The translations under genes and the position numbers were made by a program. A stretch of 64,000 nt of DNA from positions 186,001 through 250,000 of the forward strand of contig RBZT01000855.1 in the NCBI GenBank assembly GCA_003693705.1. Reading direction: 5' to 3'. Of this stretch, positions 26,159 to 37,587 are shown piece after piece. The notes under the pieces were generated by a model, which saw nothing but the letters and a program-made list of their open reading frames with translations, was not told where the DNA came from and did not search any database. This DNA is from Polymyxa betae A26-41 (lineage: Eukaryota > Protista > Endomyxa: Phytomyxea). How positions within the stretch are numbered: position 1 is the first letter of the stretch; each line of letters begins with the position of its first letter.

Positions 26159-27385
26159 TTAGGAATCTGACTTGATAGATCGTTGGCGACGGCGATTTGT
26201 GTTAGGAAATACACCTAAACAAATCCAGCGAATCAATAATGGCTTACACGAATAATCAAGTTTTTGTGACAAATATTCAAAACTGGCTCTCCATAGAAGC
26301 AGCCAGAAAACCACCTTCCAACTCGAAAAAAACTTGTAAAAGTGGAAATTGGAAAACCTGATTGAGCTCGTCAATGAAGGCGTCGGATGCAATTTCCTTC
26401 TTTGACGCCGCCATCTCGATCTGCTTCCGCAGAATGGCATCACGGCAATCGAGCCCTTCCGATTTCCGCTGCCGGATATCGACATGGAACGCGAGGATGA
26501 CTTCAATCACAGAGTTTAAAAACAGCAAGATATGATTAGGACGATTAACGATAAATTAAAGACTTACACAGGCTGGCGAACAGCATCGATTTTCGGAATG
26601 TGACGAGATCGTTCTTCTCCATGAACTGATCTGCATTTCCGATCGCCTGTAAAGAGTATTATCATGAGTGCGATGCAAAATCGTAGAAAAGAAACAGAGA
26701 ATACCGACCTCAATAAAGATGTCCCAGAATCGTTCACATTGTGTATCCAGCGGTACCCAAATCAAAGGATCCATTCGCAGCAATTCTGTGGCGGCTACAT
26801 AGCAGGCCACCGACATCTTCAATGAGACATTCTTATTAAGAATCTCAAACAAGACGCACGTGAAAGGCTCCGGTGGCAGATCGATACCACATGACACCAT
26901 CAGCTGAAAACATTTAAAATGCAAAACGATGCACGACACGACGACCGACCTTCAACGAATCTAAAGCGGATTGGTCGATACTATTGTTCAGGAGGGCGTC
27001 CAGAGCCGTGTCGTCAGCAAGCGAGGCTTTCTGTTGACGGCTTGAACCGAGATGTCTCAGGCCTGGCGACAGCAAGCTGTGAGCGGATGCAGCGATCGCC
27101 TTTCGCTTTGCCCAGCGATTCTCGCTGAGAAATTCGCCAGGTTCTGGACCCGATTTACGTCCACGACGTTTAGCGCCGCCATGCGACCCCTAAAAGCTGC
27201 AATTTCAGATCGGGATTCGGTCATGGAATTTGGCGAACGACGAGCAGATCGGAGACAGCGACGACGTCGGGATTGGATGGCTGCCCAGGGCAATCCTTAT
27301 CCAGATGGGTGCTTTGCATGAGTTTCAAATCGACCATTTGAAGGCAGGCCGGGCATTGCACCATCTGATCTGTCCCGACCGACAT
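26159..27385 (-). CDS. Uncharacterised protein with N-terminal UBZ4/Rad18-type zinc finger
   Basis: VQCPACLQMV..STHLDKDC, then KRRGRK and a helical region joined through short introns; 3' end approximate. Confidence 0.55.
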
Positions 27386-29050
27386 CGAGACGTCGACAGT
27401 ATTGACAAGAAATCCTTGAGTGAATTGCAAGGGATGGCGCCCAAACACATATTGGAGTTAAAAGCGCGCCAAACGCCTCGACTTCGGCCAAAATATTTTC
27501 GCATTGAAGTAAAATATCGAAAATCCGCGAATTCGTCGAATTTTCTGGGAACACCAATGACGATTACAAACAAGGAAGCGATGCCGGTCAATAATTTCGC
27601 TTGCAAACAGGAGCGTCTTCTGATTAAAACGACCCGTTGGACTGTTTTCTTCATCCTCGATTTTTCTTCTCACTTGATGGTTGCTCTATCAGGAAGTTGA
27701 ATTGTTCTCCTTCAATACTGCCTCCGGGTCGAGAGGGCCAATGTTTAGTGCCTGTCTTGCCAATCTTTAGTTCCCGCCTGATGCAGATAAGCCAGCCTTG
27801 TTGAAATCTCCCTTCTACAACCAGATGATACATAAGATCGGCGTATTCAATCTCAATCAACGCGCGAGTGTAAATAGGTCTATTTAGTTTCTGGGCGACC
27901 ATCCCTTTGCCTCCTGCTGATCATCAGCGTCGAAAGTCCCAATCTGAATTTCAGATCTCTGATCTCATCTCCAAACACGCGACATCACAACTGAAGCTTT
28001 CCTGCATGGCAGCCATCATGCTTTGTCGGATTGTATCGATCGAGGATAAACTCTCAACCGTTGTAGCTTGCTAGTGTACGCCTTGACCATCACTTCAACT
28101 GTCTGAGCACAGAGTGAAATACTATTGGAGATGCAACATTTTCACGATCGGCAAAAGTCGAATGTCGAGGAAGGAACAAAGCGAGTAATGCGAAAACCCG
28201 TCTATTTCTGAGAAGTAAGCCATGCGTGCTTGTTGATTTAGAATTATAACGGTTTTCTAGACACAATTTCGATGACATTCGTCGAGGGTTCTCTAAGAAC
28301 GTTGGACTTTTACAAACCAAACATGGGGTACATTCGCAAAATGTTTTATCAATGAGGTACATTTTTTGAAACTTATGGAGCGGTGCAAAATGGAAAGCGA
28401 TACTCATTGTGATCCCAATAAAAAAACATCAATAATTACCAAGCAGGCTTTTTTGTCATAGAAGTTTAGGCTTCGAAATTATGGTTGGAATGCAATACGC
28501 GGTACATCGGTTCTGTTACCCGATGCCAAGATAGGTTTACTATCAAGCCACCCATCCATTAACAACGAGCTCACCAATCCATGATGCAAGAAAGAACCTA
28601 TGATCTATTTGGAGCAACAGTCTTGTTCGCTATGAAGCAGAGAACTGGGAATTTTCGAATGTCTGCGAAAAGATTTTCAGCGAAAGTTCTTGTTCTGAAG
28701 TTGGCGATGTCCAGGATTTCAGTTTCTTAGATTTTTAGGGATCGATGTCAGTCGATTTCTGCTTGCAAACAGTGGCGTGGTCCTGCCTATGAAAGGACGC
28801 CTACCCAATGACGAGCGCACTCCTGCTGAAACCACACCCAGCAAATGAGATGGGAAGATGACGCTTCCATTCATCTCATTTGAAACTGCACTCACATAAA
28901 AAACATCACGATGATGGGATGAGCACTGTGGGTGTGACCATGGCAAAGAGGCCGCTGTTCGGGGTGCCTCTGCTAATGGGGTCATCCCACTTTCCACCCC
29001 AAAACACTCTCTACTCTGGAGCTTGTTTTTTGACATTTAATGTGCCAACC

Positions 29051-30485
29051 ATGACATCGGCGAAAGTGAATGATGGCACTGTTTCAGACGTCAAGCTGTC
29101 ATTGCAGGATTTTGAACTAGGTGAAGTTCTTGGAGAAGGATCCTACGCCCAGGTACGAGATGTTTCCAGGAGATAGGGTGCTTGATTAATATATTTTTAG
29201 GTGATTGAGGCACGTCATCGTAAATCTGGTTTCCGCTATGCCCTGTAATTACTGGCTGTCCACTGTCAGCCTGGGATAGGTGATGAAATTCCATTTTTCA
29301 GGAAAGTAGTTGATAAACGTCACGTTCTGCGCCAGAATAAACAGCAATATGTAATGTCGGAGAAAGCAATATTATCCAGGCTGGATCATCCTGGAATTGT
29401 TCGGCTATTCGGCACATTTCAAGATGAGATTTCTTTATGTATGTTGATTCTTAATGCTAATTAATTTACTGTAACCATTGTATCTCGGTACAACCTCGTT
29501 CAAATTTTTCCCAAAATTTGACTAATCTCTTTGTCATGTCACTTACAGCTGATTTAGATTTTGTATTGGAGCTAGCCGAGAGCGGAGAGCTATTCCAACA
29601 AATCAAATCTGTAACATTTTGTTGCTTTGACTATCCAACTTTCTAATGGAAATTCTGTCAATGGTACAGCTCGGAAAATGCCCGGAATATCACATCCAGT
29701 TTTGCTGTGCCGAAATCCTCCTCATTCTTGAATATTTGCATAGCTGCGGCATTGTTCATCGCGACCTCAAGCCCGAAGTAGATCCTGCCATCTGCGTTTC
29801 CGAATTTTCAGTTGCTGAATCTCTCGTGATCAGAATTTACTTCTCAAAGACGGGCACATTAAGCTGGTTGATTTCGGGTCTGCGAGAAAACTCGCTGAAG
29901 GAGCCTGTACGGCATCGGATTCGAACCGACGCAACTCGTTCGTCGGAACTGCAGAGTAAGCAACTTTGGAATGCATTTCCTGTTACGTATTCATGGTGGT
30001 AGATATGTACCTCCTGAGCTACTTAACAATGAACCTGTTGGATTCGAGTAAGAGTAAGGCAATGAAATTTATGTCGTGGTCTTGAATGCTCGAATTGCAC
30101 AGAGCCGACCTTTGGGCATTTGGATGTGTGATCTATCAGATGATATGTGGGCGACCTCCTTTCAAAGGCGAATCCGAATACTTGACGTTCCAAAAAATAA
30201 TTAACTTTGAGATTGATTATCCTCCTTACATTTCTTCAATCGCGAAATCCTTGATCCAACGTCTGCTGTCAAAAAATCCGGAAGAGAGATTTGGATCCGG
30301 GTTTGAATCGTACGTTTTCAGATCATGGTCCTTGTTTGCATATTTTGTTGATAACTTGTATTAGGTTAAAAGCACATCCCTTTTTTCATGGGATTGTGTT
30401 TGAAGACTTGTTTACCCAACCTGCACCATGCTGGACATGCAGTTCCCACGAATTAGATACTGGGAATGGGATTAGAAGACCGTAG
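29051..30485 (+). CDS. PDPK1: 3-phosphoinositide-dependent protein kinase 1 homolog (no PH domain seen)
   Basis: [75 protein letters not shown]; may start at upstream ATG 28920. Confidence 0.88.
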
Positions 30486-30782
30486 AACAAATCTACAGAA
30501 TAAAGGAACGAATTCTGTCAGACAAGCTCGGTAAATGACTGCCGAACGCAATTCTTAGATTGGGCGTTGAATGATAAGGCAGAAGAATCCTGATGATACC
30601 GAGCGTGCCAGGAAGGGTATGTTTACATGGCTCGTCGTATTAATCAGATTTAATTGCTATAGTAAACATAAACCTACTGACTACTGCAGCCCAAAGAAAC
30701 AACTTAAATTCGCCTATTCCACAGGGAGATTCAAGAAATTAGTGCAATCCGTTCATCGGAACATTGTAATGATTCCCTCAGT

Positions 30783-31728
30783 TTAGTGGAGAAGTGTGTC
30801 GAACGATAGCGATTCTCCCGTGAACATGGCACGAATCGAGACCTTCCTCTGCAGCTGCTGACTAACTTCCTCAGGAGTGCCCTTTAGGAGAGGAAACGTT
30901 CCCTAAACTTCTTTCAGGATGAGTTTTATCCGCAAAGAAACGTTTTACGTAATGCATTGGGATCAGGGTTTGCACTGATAAGAGCAGCTTATTCAATGCA
31001 TAAGCCGCCTCTTTCGGGCCCTAACCAATCATTAGCAGGAAGCACCTTACAACCCTCACGAATTATTATACCATCGTAAAATGGCCCCCAATCGGCAGCA
31101 GAGCCACTTGTGGCGCATACAGCTCTGAGATCAGCCGCATATCGCCAAAAACGTTCGCTGTTGTGGCAATTATCAGCTACGGCTGAAAGCAAAGCAAATG
31201 AGTCATACTGTCACCAGCATGGTAGAAAGTTGGGCCATTTTTGATGCTGACAACAAAGCCTGCAGGAGCGCCTCCGATTAGCAATCCGTGTTGTCCTGGG
31301 CAGCCACTGCTATGATCTGCATTGACCATAGTGACAGAGATCCCATCAATAACCTCGACAGTCCCGCCTTTGTTCATCTAACCGTCCATAAATGACGATT
31401 TCCAAATTAATAACGCTATATTGCCCACTTGAATGATTTGATCGTCGGGCACGCCTTGCGACTTGATCCATTCGCCAACTTCAAATATACAGACGACCTT
31501 GGCGTTAGACTGCTTTAGCAGATCGGGGGCGCTGGCAGCATGATCGAAATGACCATGCGTTACGAGCACGAGGTCGGGCTTGGGAAGGTTTCCGCCCCGA
31601 AACTCCTCAGGAAAATTGGGCGACTCCAACCAGGGGTCGATCATGATCGTGGCCGATGTTGGCGTCTTAATCATAAAACCGGCATGGCCAAGCCATGTCA
31701 CACTGCTGTCAGCAATCGCCTTCATCAA
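30783..31728 (-). CDS. Metallo-beta-lactamase-fold metal-dependent hydrolase (UPF0173/UlaG-like)
   Basis: [56 protein letters not shown]; 4 short introns. Confidence 0.9.
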
Positions 31729-32180
31729 TGATCAATACAGATACAGATCGGAAATGAGGTCCGGAGACGAACACATCTGGTTTTCGGAACACTCGAGATC
31801 CACTCCGAAGACAATTTACTCATGTTGTTGTGCTGACTCGATCTCCCATCCTTGAGCTCGTTAATGCAGTTAATATGAGGATGGGTGCTGCGCGTACCTG
31901 CTAAGCTCGTGAAGCTATGTCCAAAAAACAAAGGACGACAATACACAATGGTCGCATGTGCGAAAATGATAATCAAAGCCAGTTAGCTCAGGTGCACCTG
32001 ATACTATTTTCACCCGATATAAAATCAATAAGAAGCACTCGGCGGATTTCCCATAATTGACGTCAAATCTGCTTCTGCGTTCGAAACGATTTTAAAGAAC
32101 CCTGAGAAAAGTGCGGAAGAGAATGTTGGGACTGTCCAAACTGTACATGTCGTTGTTGTGTGCTGCTTGAATTGGCCAAG

Positions 32181-32906
32181 ATGCCACGCCCGATTCCCGT
32201 TATCGAATCACCAGATGCCGTCAAGGCTATGGTCCAGTACTTCAACACTGTGCAGGTGACACGTGAATCGAAAGTTATCAAAGAGGTCAAGGCCATTGCC
32301 GAGATATTTGAATTGGACGCACCACAGGCCGATGATTGGCGGAAGCTGATTGGGAAGGCGAATAAAGTGTTCCAGTTTGTACAAATGACGATCAAGGCCA
32401 TGATCTCAGAGGTCAATGGTCAAATCTACTGGGGCCTTGTCAACACAGCTAACGACGACATCGCTTCGGTTGTCTTCCCGGAGAAGGAAGTGAAACTGTT
32501 CCAGGAAGTGTTTAAAACACTGATCGACCAGAGAGGGACCATCTCTCAAGAGAATGCTCTCGACTTACGTTGTCGTGAAGGGCAGCATAAATTGACTGCG
32601 GACGAAGCCAATGTGGTTTTGCAGAAGCTGTGTACTAATCACTGGTTGAGACCCGATAAAGACGGCAACTACCTTATTGGGGAACGTTCCTATCTTGAAT
32701 ACGGCAGCTATTTTGACCAATTACACCGAGCAGGAGAGGTCCAATCGTTTACACTTCTTGAAAATCGTTCTTACTCTTTGTTTTAGCTGCCGACCTGCTC
32801 CAGCTGTAAAAATTGGATGATTCTAGGGACTGATGAAGCGCTTCATTTTCATTGCCAAGAGCGAATGCGACAGGAACGATCTCAATTAATTTCTTATAAT
32901 ACTTAG
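32181..32906 (+). CDS. NSE1: Non-SMC element 1 of the SMC5/6 complex, with truncated RING-like tail
   Basis: YWGLVNTANDDIA, EANVVLQKLCTNHWL, YLIGERSYLE; intron 32739-32786, then LPTCSSC..LHFHC. Confidence 0.75.
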
Positions 32907-34921
32907 CCACTTTCCCGTTTTTTATTGCTGAATATTTTTGTCATCGCTTTGGTAAATCTTCCCATGAATGTTTTCTTTTTATGTTTATCCATGGTCGCCT
33001 TTGTAGCCAAATTAATCTCAGCCATTACCATCTTGGCGAAGTTGACGTCTTTTTCTGCTAGACGATGGTCATGGTACGACCCGTGTATAATGCTGTGCAT
33101 CCATGCATTAGATAAACTGGATTTATGTGATGACTTTAACGTACGCTAAGAACATGTGACCCAGAAGTAATTCAATCGAAGCGAAGAAGGCGAAAGCCAG
33201 CAGTGGCCCCAAGAAGACTTTTTCATAGTTAAATTCAGCAATGAAATGCACAAGACAATGTTCTTACAATTGGAATGCTGCACCTCTTCAAAACTGAGTT
33301 TGCCTGCGCCAAAAATGGACCCATACTACAATTCAGATTAGCGAAATTTGTGTTTTCAGATCAGTATCATACAGCAGTTAAAAACGAGTCCGTCATCGAA
33401 CGGAAATGCGGAATGTCAACATTGAACGCCAAGAAGAACGCGTGTACGTAGCCCATCATAACGATTGCGAAAAATACAACGAACATCAGTAAATTTCGGC
33501 TGTAACCAGATTAGAGCTCTTTATATAACAGAATCCTTTACAAACCTAGCTCCCAAAAATACTCTCTTGATCATACGTAAGCCGTTCGACATTGTGAACA
33601 AATATTTCGCTATCTGTTAGAGCAATCAGATCACAGCTTATCAACGAAATGCAGTGGGACCGTACCCGCATCCAAGAGATGATAATGACGACACTCGTCA
33701 TTCGACGAATGTGGATCTCGAAGGCAGCGAGGTCATGGAAGTCGACATATGGCTCAGTTCCACAAGCAGATGTCAGCTTCCAGGCTATGATATCATGTGC
33801 AATACGAGCAATGATGACAGCCAGAATCAACACAAATTTCACAATGTCCATCAGATTCCAACCGGACTTGAAGAATGTCTTCCCGTATAATCTGAAGCTC
33901 TTGAACATGATCCAGACCATGTACAAATAAAATATAACGAATATGATCTCGAAAAAAGCAATAACGAGATTCGATATGCGATCGTAAGGAAATGCATCAA
34001 TAACATGAAAGTGGGACGTCGTCTCAATGCCTCCATATGGCGGAAGTTCAAAGAGTAAGCGAATGGCACAAATTCGGTTCCCGTTGAGATTATACAGCGA
34101 AAAGTCGAGCAATACAGCGACAGTATAGGCATCGATCCAGGTGTTCAGCTTGAGAGATTCAATAAGGTTATGATTGGCTACTTCGTCTAACGTTAGAAAC
34201 GCATTATAGCCACCAATACCATATTCATGATTTGCAGCAGGTAGCCACTCATTGATTTCTTTTTGATACTGATCTGTCCAGACGAAAACACCATTGGGCC
34301 CGAATGGATTCTGGTCAAGATTGCTCTCCAATACCAATGGTGGACAGGAATCTGGGGTCTGTGTGAACATTGATTTGTAGAGATCGGGGCACGGCCCTGG
34401 TTTAACACGTTTTTGCTGCAACAGAACCGAGCCCAGTAGATAGCTGCCATCATAGCTCTTAGTCCCATTATCTGGCCGCAGGCCGTTCGTAGCAAAATAG
34501 TCCAGATATCGCCAGAGTTGCGAGATTGTGTTCAAAATTGTGAAAGCCGGGACGATCTCATTATTGGCATCAATCCAATCATATGACGAAGTGAAGCGCC
34601 GTGAGATAACATCTCCCCAATGGTACTTTACTGAATGATTTTGATAAATCTAACATCGATTCGCGTTCCAAACGTACCATAATCGTAATTTCGCGCATAT
34701 GCAAACACTGAAAGAACAATAACGAACACGAGATATCGAATTAGTTCCATTAGCCGCTCTCGGTGAGTTAATCGAACCTCGCCATCTGCTGTGGCCAGAG
34801 TCGACCCCGATGTGTGCTTGCTTGTGGCAGAGGTTTCATTGCTGCCCCTAGAAGTGGCCGCTTTACTGCCATGCCGACTGTTACCATGGCCAGATTCCTC
34901 GCTGACCTTCTGCCTGGACAT
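32903..34921 (-). CDS. PKD2: Polycystin-2/TRPP-type cation channel
   Basis: ELIRYLVF, LLGSVLLQQKRVKPGPC, YGIGGY, LKLNTWIDAYTVAVLLDFSLYNLN, LLFELPPYGG, GWNLMD; pore and S6 exons at ~33150-33500. Confidence 0.88.
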
Positions 34922-36140
34922 ATCAAGACCTCATGGTTCTGTGACGAAATCGATCGGACTCTACGGCCTACTTCCGCTTGGCAGGGGATTCGTGCTGTGC
35001 TTGAAAGCAACGCGCCAGATTCATCATAGCGAGTGTAATCATGGGAATGTGCTTTGAAGCAACCTACAACCATCATTCAGCCCAGAGTCAGGATGGGGGT
35101 TGCGCTGTTCATTGGCTTCTTGCAGATAAATGTTGGTCCAAGTCGCTCTTTGATTGTTGCGTCCTGCTGTCGTCTGACCAGTCTAACGACCTATATTGGT
35201 AATCATCCAGCGCCAAAACGGGTCTTAAATGCGCTCCATTCCAGTTTTTGATCGACAACCTCATCCTTTCTGCAACGGCGCGACTCTTTGCAAGCCATTA
35301 CCTAGTTCAATATTCTATCCACGTTTTTTAGTTTCAAACCGTTCAACGAAAACACAGATATCCTAGCTGACATTGGACCTTTATTTCTAAGCTGGAAAGG
35401 AATGATTTCTTATCCAACTAACAACTGTTACTGAATTTGGTCTTCCCGAACTCGCAGAATGGATTGCCAAGTCGTATATTTGCTGATGACCTCCATTTGG
35501 GATTTTTAGCGATGTTACTTCCACTGTCCTCATTTTTTCTATTCTCGACTCCGATATGGGAACATTCATTTTATTGTTACTCGTCGTGACTTCAAATTAT
35601 CAATGTATAGGGTGTTCATAGCTGCAAATGCAACGCGAAATCTGTTACCAGACCAGATGAAACCGAAAGCAACTTAGATAGAGTCTGTACATACCCTCTG
35701 TAAAATACCTAATACATAAGAAGGCAGTTGATACAACTATGTAAACGCGAGCAAAATTAGTAAAGATGCAAACAATCACGAATCTATTTACAGAAAGCGA
35801 ATGTAATCCCCAACGACCATGATAACTTATAATGTGATTCTGTAGAGATATCTGCTTATTGAGAAATGGACTACCGTATGACTAATGAGTTATGAGCGAC
35901 CATATGGCCTATTCTGGAGAATAACATGAAAAAGCAGGAAGATCAGCGAAAATTCGAGTAAAAATTGGGACAAAGTTCTGGCCAGAAAATGACGCAGTCC
36001 GAGATATAGTGCGCGGATCTGCCAGATTTCTGATTTTAAAGCAGCTCTGTGTCTGTCATCAAGCGAAGGTCGTCGTCTCTCCGATTTAGGGACAGCGATT
36101 TCATTCACTCTAACGTCAAGCACAGAATTCAGACTTTTCC

Positions 36141-37472
36141 ATGGCAACCGTGACCGCAGACGCTCCCGCCCCGGCTTCTCAGACGCCCAGCCGTCGTCGC
36201 TCGCGTCCAGACGACGCCGACGACACCGTCAGTAAGCAGGCGCGCGTTTCACACCCGTTCAAAGTCGAAGAAGACGATCTGAAATGCGTCGTCTGTATGG
36301 AGTTTCCTGATGGGAAAATCTTCCAATGCCCCAATGGCCATCTGCTTTGTGAGGAATGTCACGAGCGTGTTATCGAGGCATATCAATGCGTCTGCCCAAC
36401 CTGTCGGGCGAAGCTGTCTCGTGACCGCCCGTCCAGAAATCGGTTCGCTGAATCGGTCCTGTCGACGATTGTCGTTCCGTGCCCAAACTCTGGCTGCAAC
36501 GAGCGCCTACCGTTCGGCAAGATTCGCGCTCATGCTACCGACGCCTGTTCGTTCAGAATTGTCACCTGTAAATTCTCTCCTCTCGGTTGCGATTGGAAGG
36601 ATATCAATTCCAAGCTGAAAGTGCACGAAAGGGAATGTACGTTGAAGCAGAAATCTGCCAAGTCGATACTGAAGCGGGTGCTGGAACGGTCCGCGCAGCA
36701 GAAGGCGGAAGAACGACGAAAGAAGCACGAGATGCAATCGCAGTTAAAGATCGCCGAGTTGCTGTCATCAAGGTGTCGCGATATCATCATTCGCGAGGTC
36801 GTTATTGAACGCGACACCATTTGCGACATGATTGCTAGTAAACCGTTTAAAGCGTTTGGGGCGACCTTGTCGCTCGAGTTGAACGATATCAATCCTTCGT
36901 CGTCCTCGTCATCGTCAAGTCCTGATACGAACGGTGTCTCGAACTCCTTGTCAGATGTCGCTGTTGTTAATGAGGTGAACAACAACAACAACAACAACGA
37001 GTCCGCAACGCCGAGCAATGAGAAGAAGGTCGGCCTGTTCCTGGTACAGCGATCGAGGCGCGCCAAGCGATTGCGGATGACAGCATTCCTGCTAAAAGGC
37101 CCCGACTCCGAAATCCCCAACTTCACGCCCGTTATCGTACCGGTGCAATTCTCTCGCAACAAGCGAACCAGCGATCCGTTCCCTCTGCCGTTAACCAAGG
37201 ACCAGGCCAAGGACATGTTCGAGATGGGCTCTCTGACGGTTCGTATCGGGCTAATCGATCGCAGGCGGGGCCTGTCCCGATCGTTCTCGAACGATCTCTC
37301 GGCGCGTGGCGGCGATGACGACTCCGATTCGTATTCGTCGTCGTCAGAAGACGACGGGATCGTCTCCGAAGATCCCGACCTGCATTATTACTCGACATCG
37401 AGCGATGATGATGATTGTATACATACGTATATGGATGATGATGACAATGGTGCTGAGTTAACCTTGTATTAA
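36141..37472 (+). CDS. SINA-type RING + TRAF zinc-finger protein, CYHR1/ZFTRAF1-like
   Basis: CVVC..IFQCPNGHLLCEEC..CPTCR..SRNRFAE..TCKFSPLGCDW..HEREC and LKGP; single exon, 443 aa. Confidence 0.75.
   Translation: MATVTADAPAPASQTPSRRRSRPDDADDTVSKQARVSHPFKVEEDDLKCVVCMEFPDGKIFQCPNGHLLCEECHERVIEAYQCVCPTCRAKLSRDRPSRNRFAESVLSTIVVPCPNSGCNERLPFGKIRAHATDACSFRIVTCKFSPLGCDWKDINSKLKVHERECTLKQKSAKSILKRVLERSAQQKAEERRKKHEMQSQLKIAELLSSRCRDIIIREVVIERDTICDMIASKPFKAFGATLSLELNDINPSSSSSSSSPDTNGVSNSLSDVAVVNEVNNNNNNNESATPSNEKKVGLFLVQRSRRAKRLRMTAFLLKGPDSEIPNFTPVIVPVQFSRNKRTSDPFPLPLTKDQAKDMFEMGSLTVRIGLIDRRRGLSRSFSNDLSARGGDDDSDSYSSSSEDDGIVSEDPDLHYYSTSSDDDDCIHTYMDDDDNGAELTLY
36978..36998 (+). repeat. (AAC)7 coding microsatellite (poly-Asn)
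   Basis: Seven perfect AAC units. Confidence 0.95.
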
Positions 37473-37587
37473 ATTATCTTTCAAACATCTATTTACATAT
37501 CGACGTTCTTGCTGCTTCAAGCATGCTTTTTTCTTGTCAATATTAAACTTATGATTCCATTTCACGATTCACAAACGAATTGATGCA

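Noticed and set aside
27230-28407. ORFs 27230-27700 (+), 27651-27902 (-) and 28090-28407 (-)
   Set aside because: No recognisable motifs or consistent splice structure, so they cannot be supported as genes.
36530-37216. 228-aa antisense ORF within the RING/TRAF gene
   Set aside because: Mirror-frame ORF of a GC-rich coding exon with no independent evidence.
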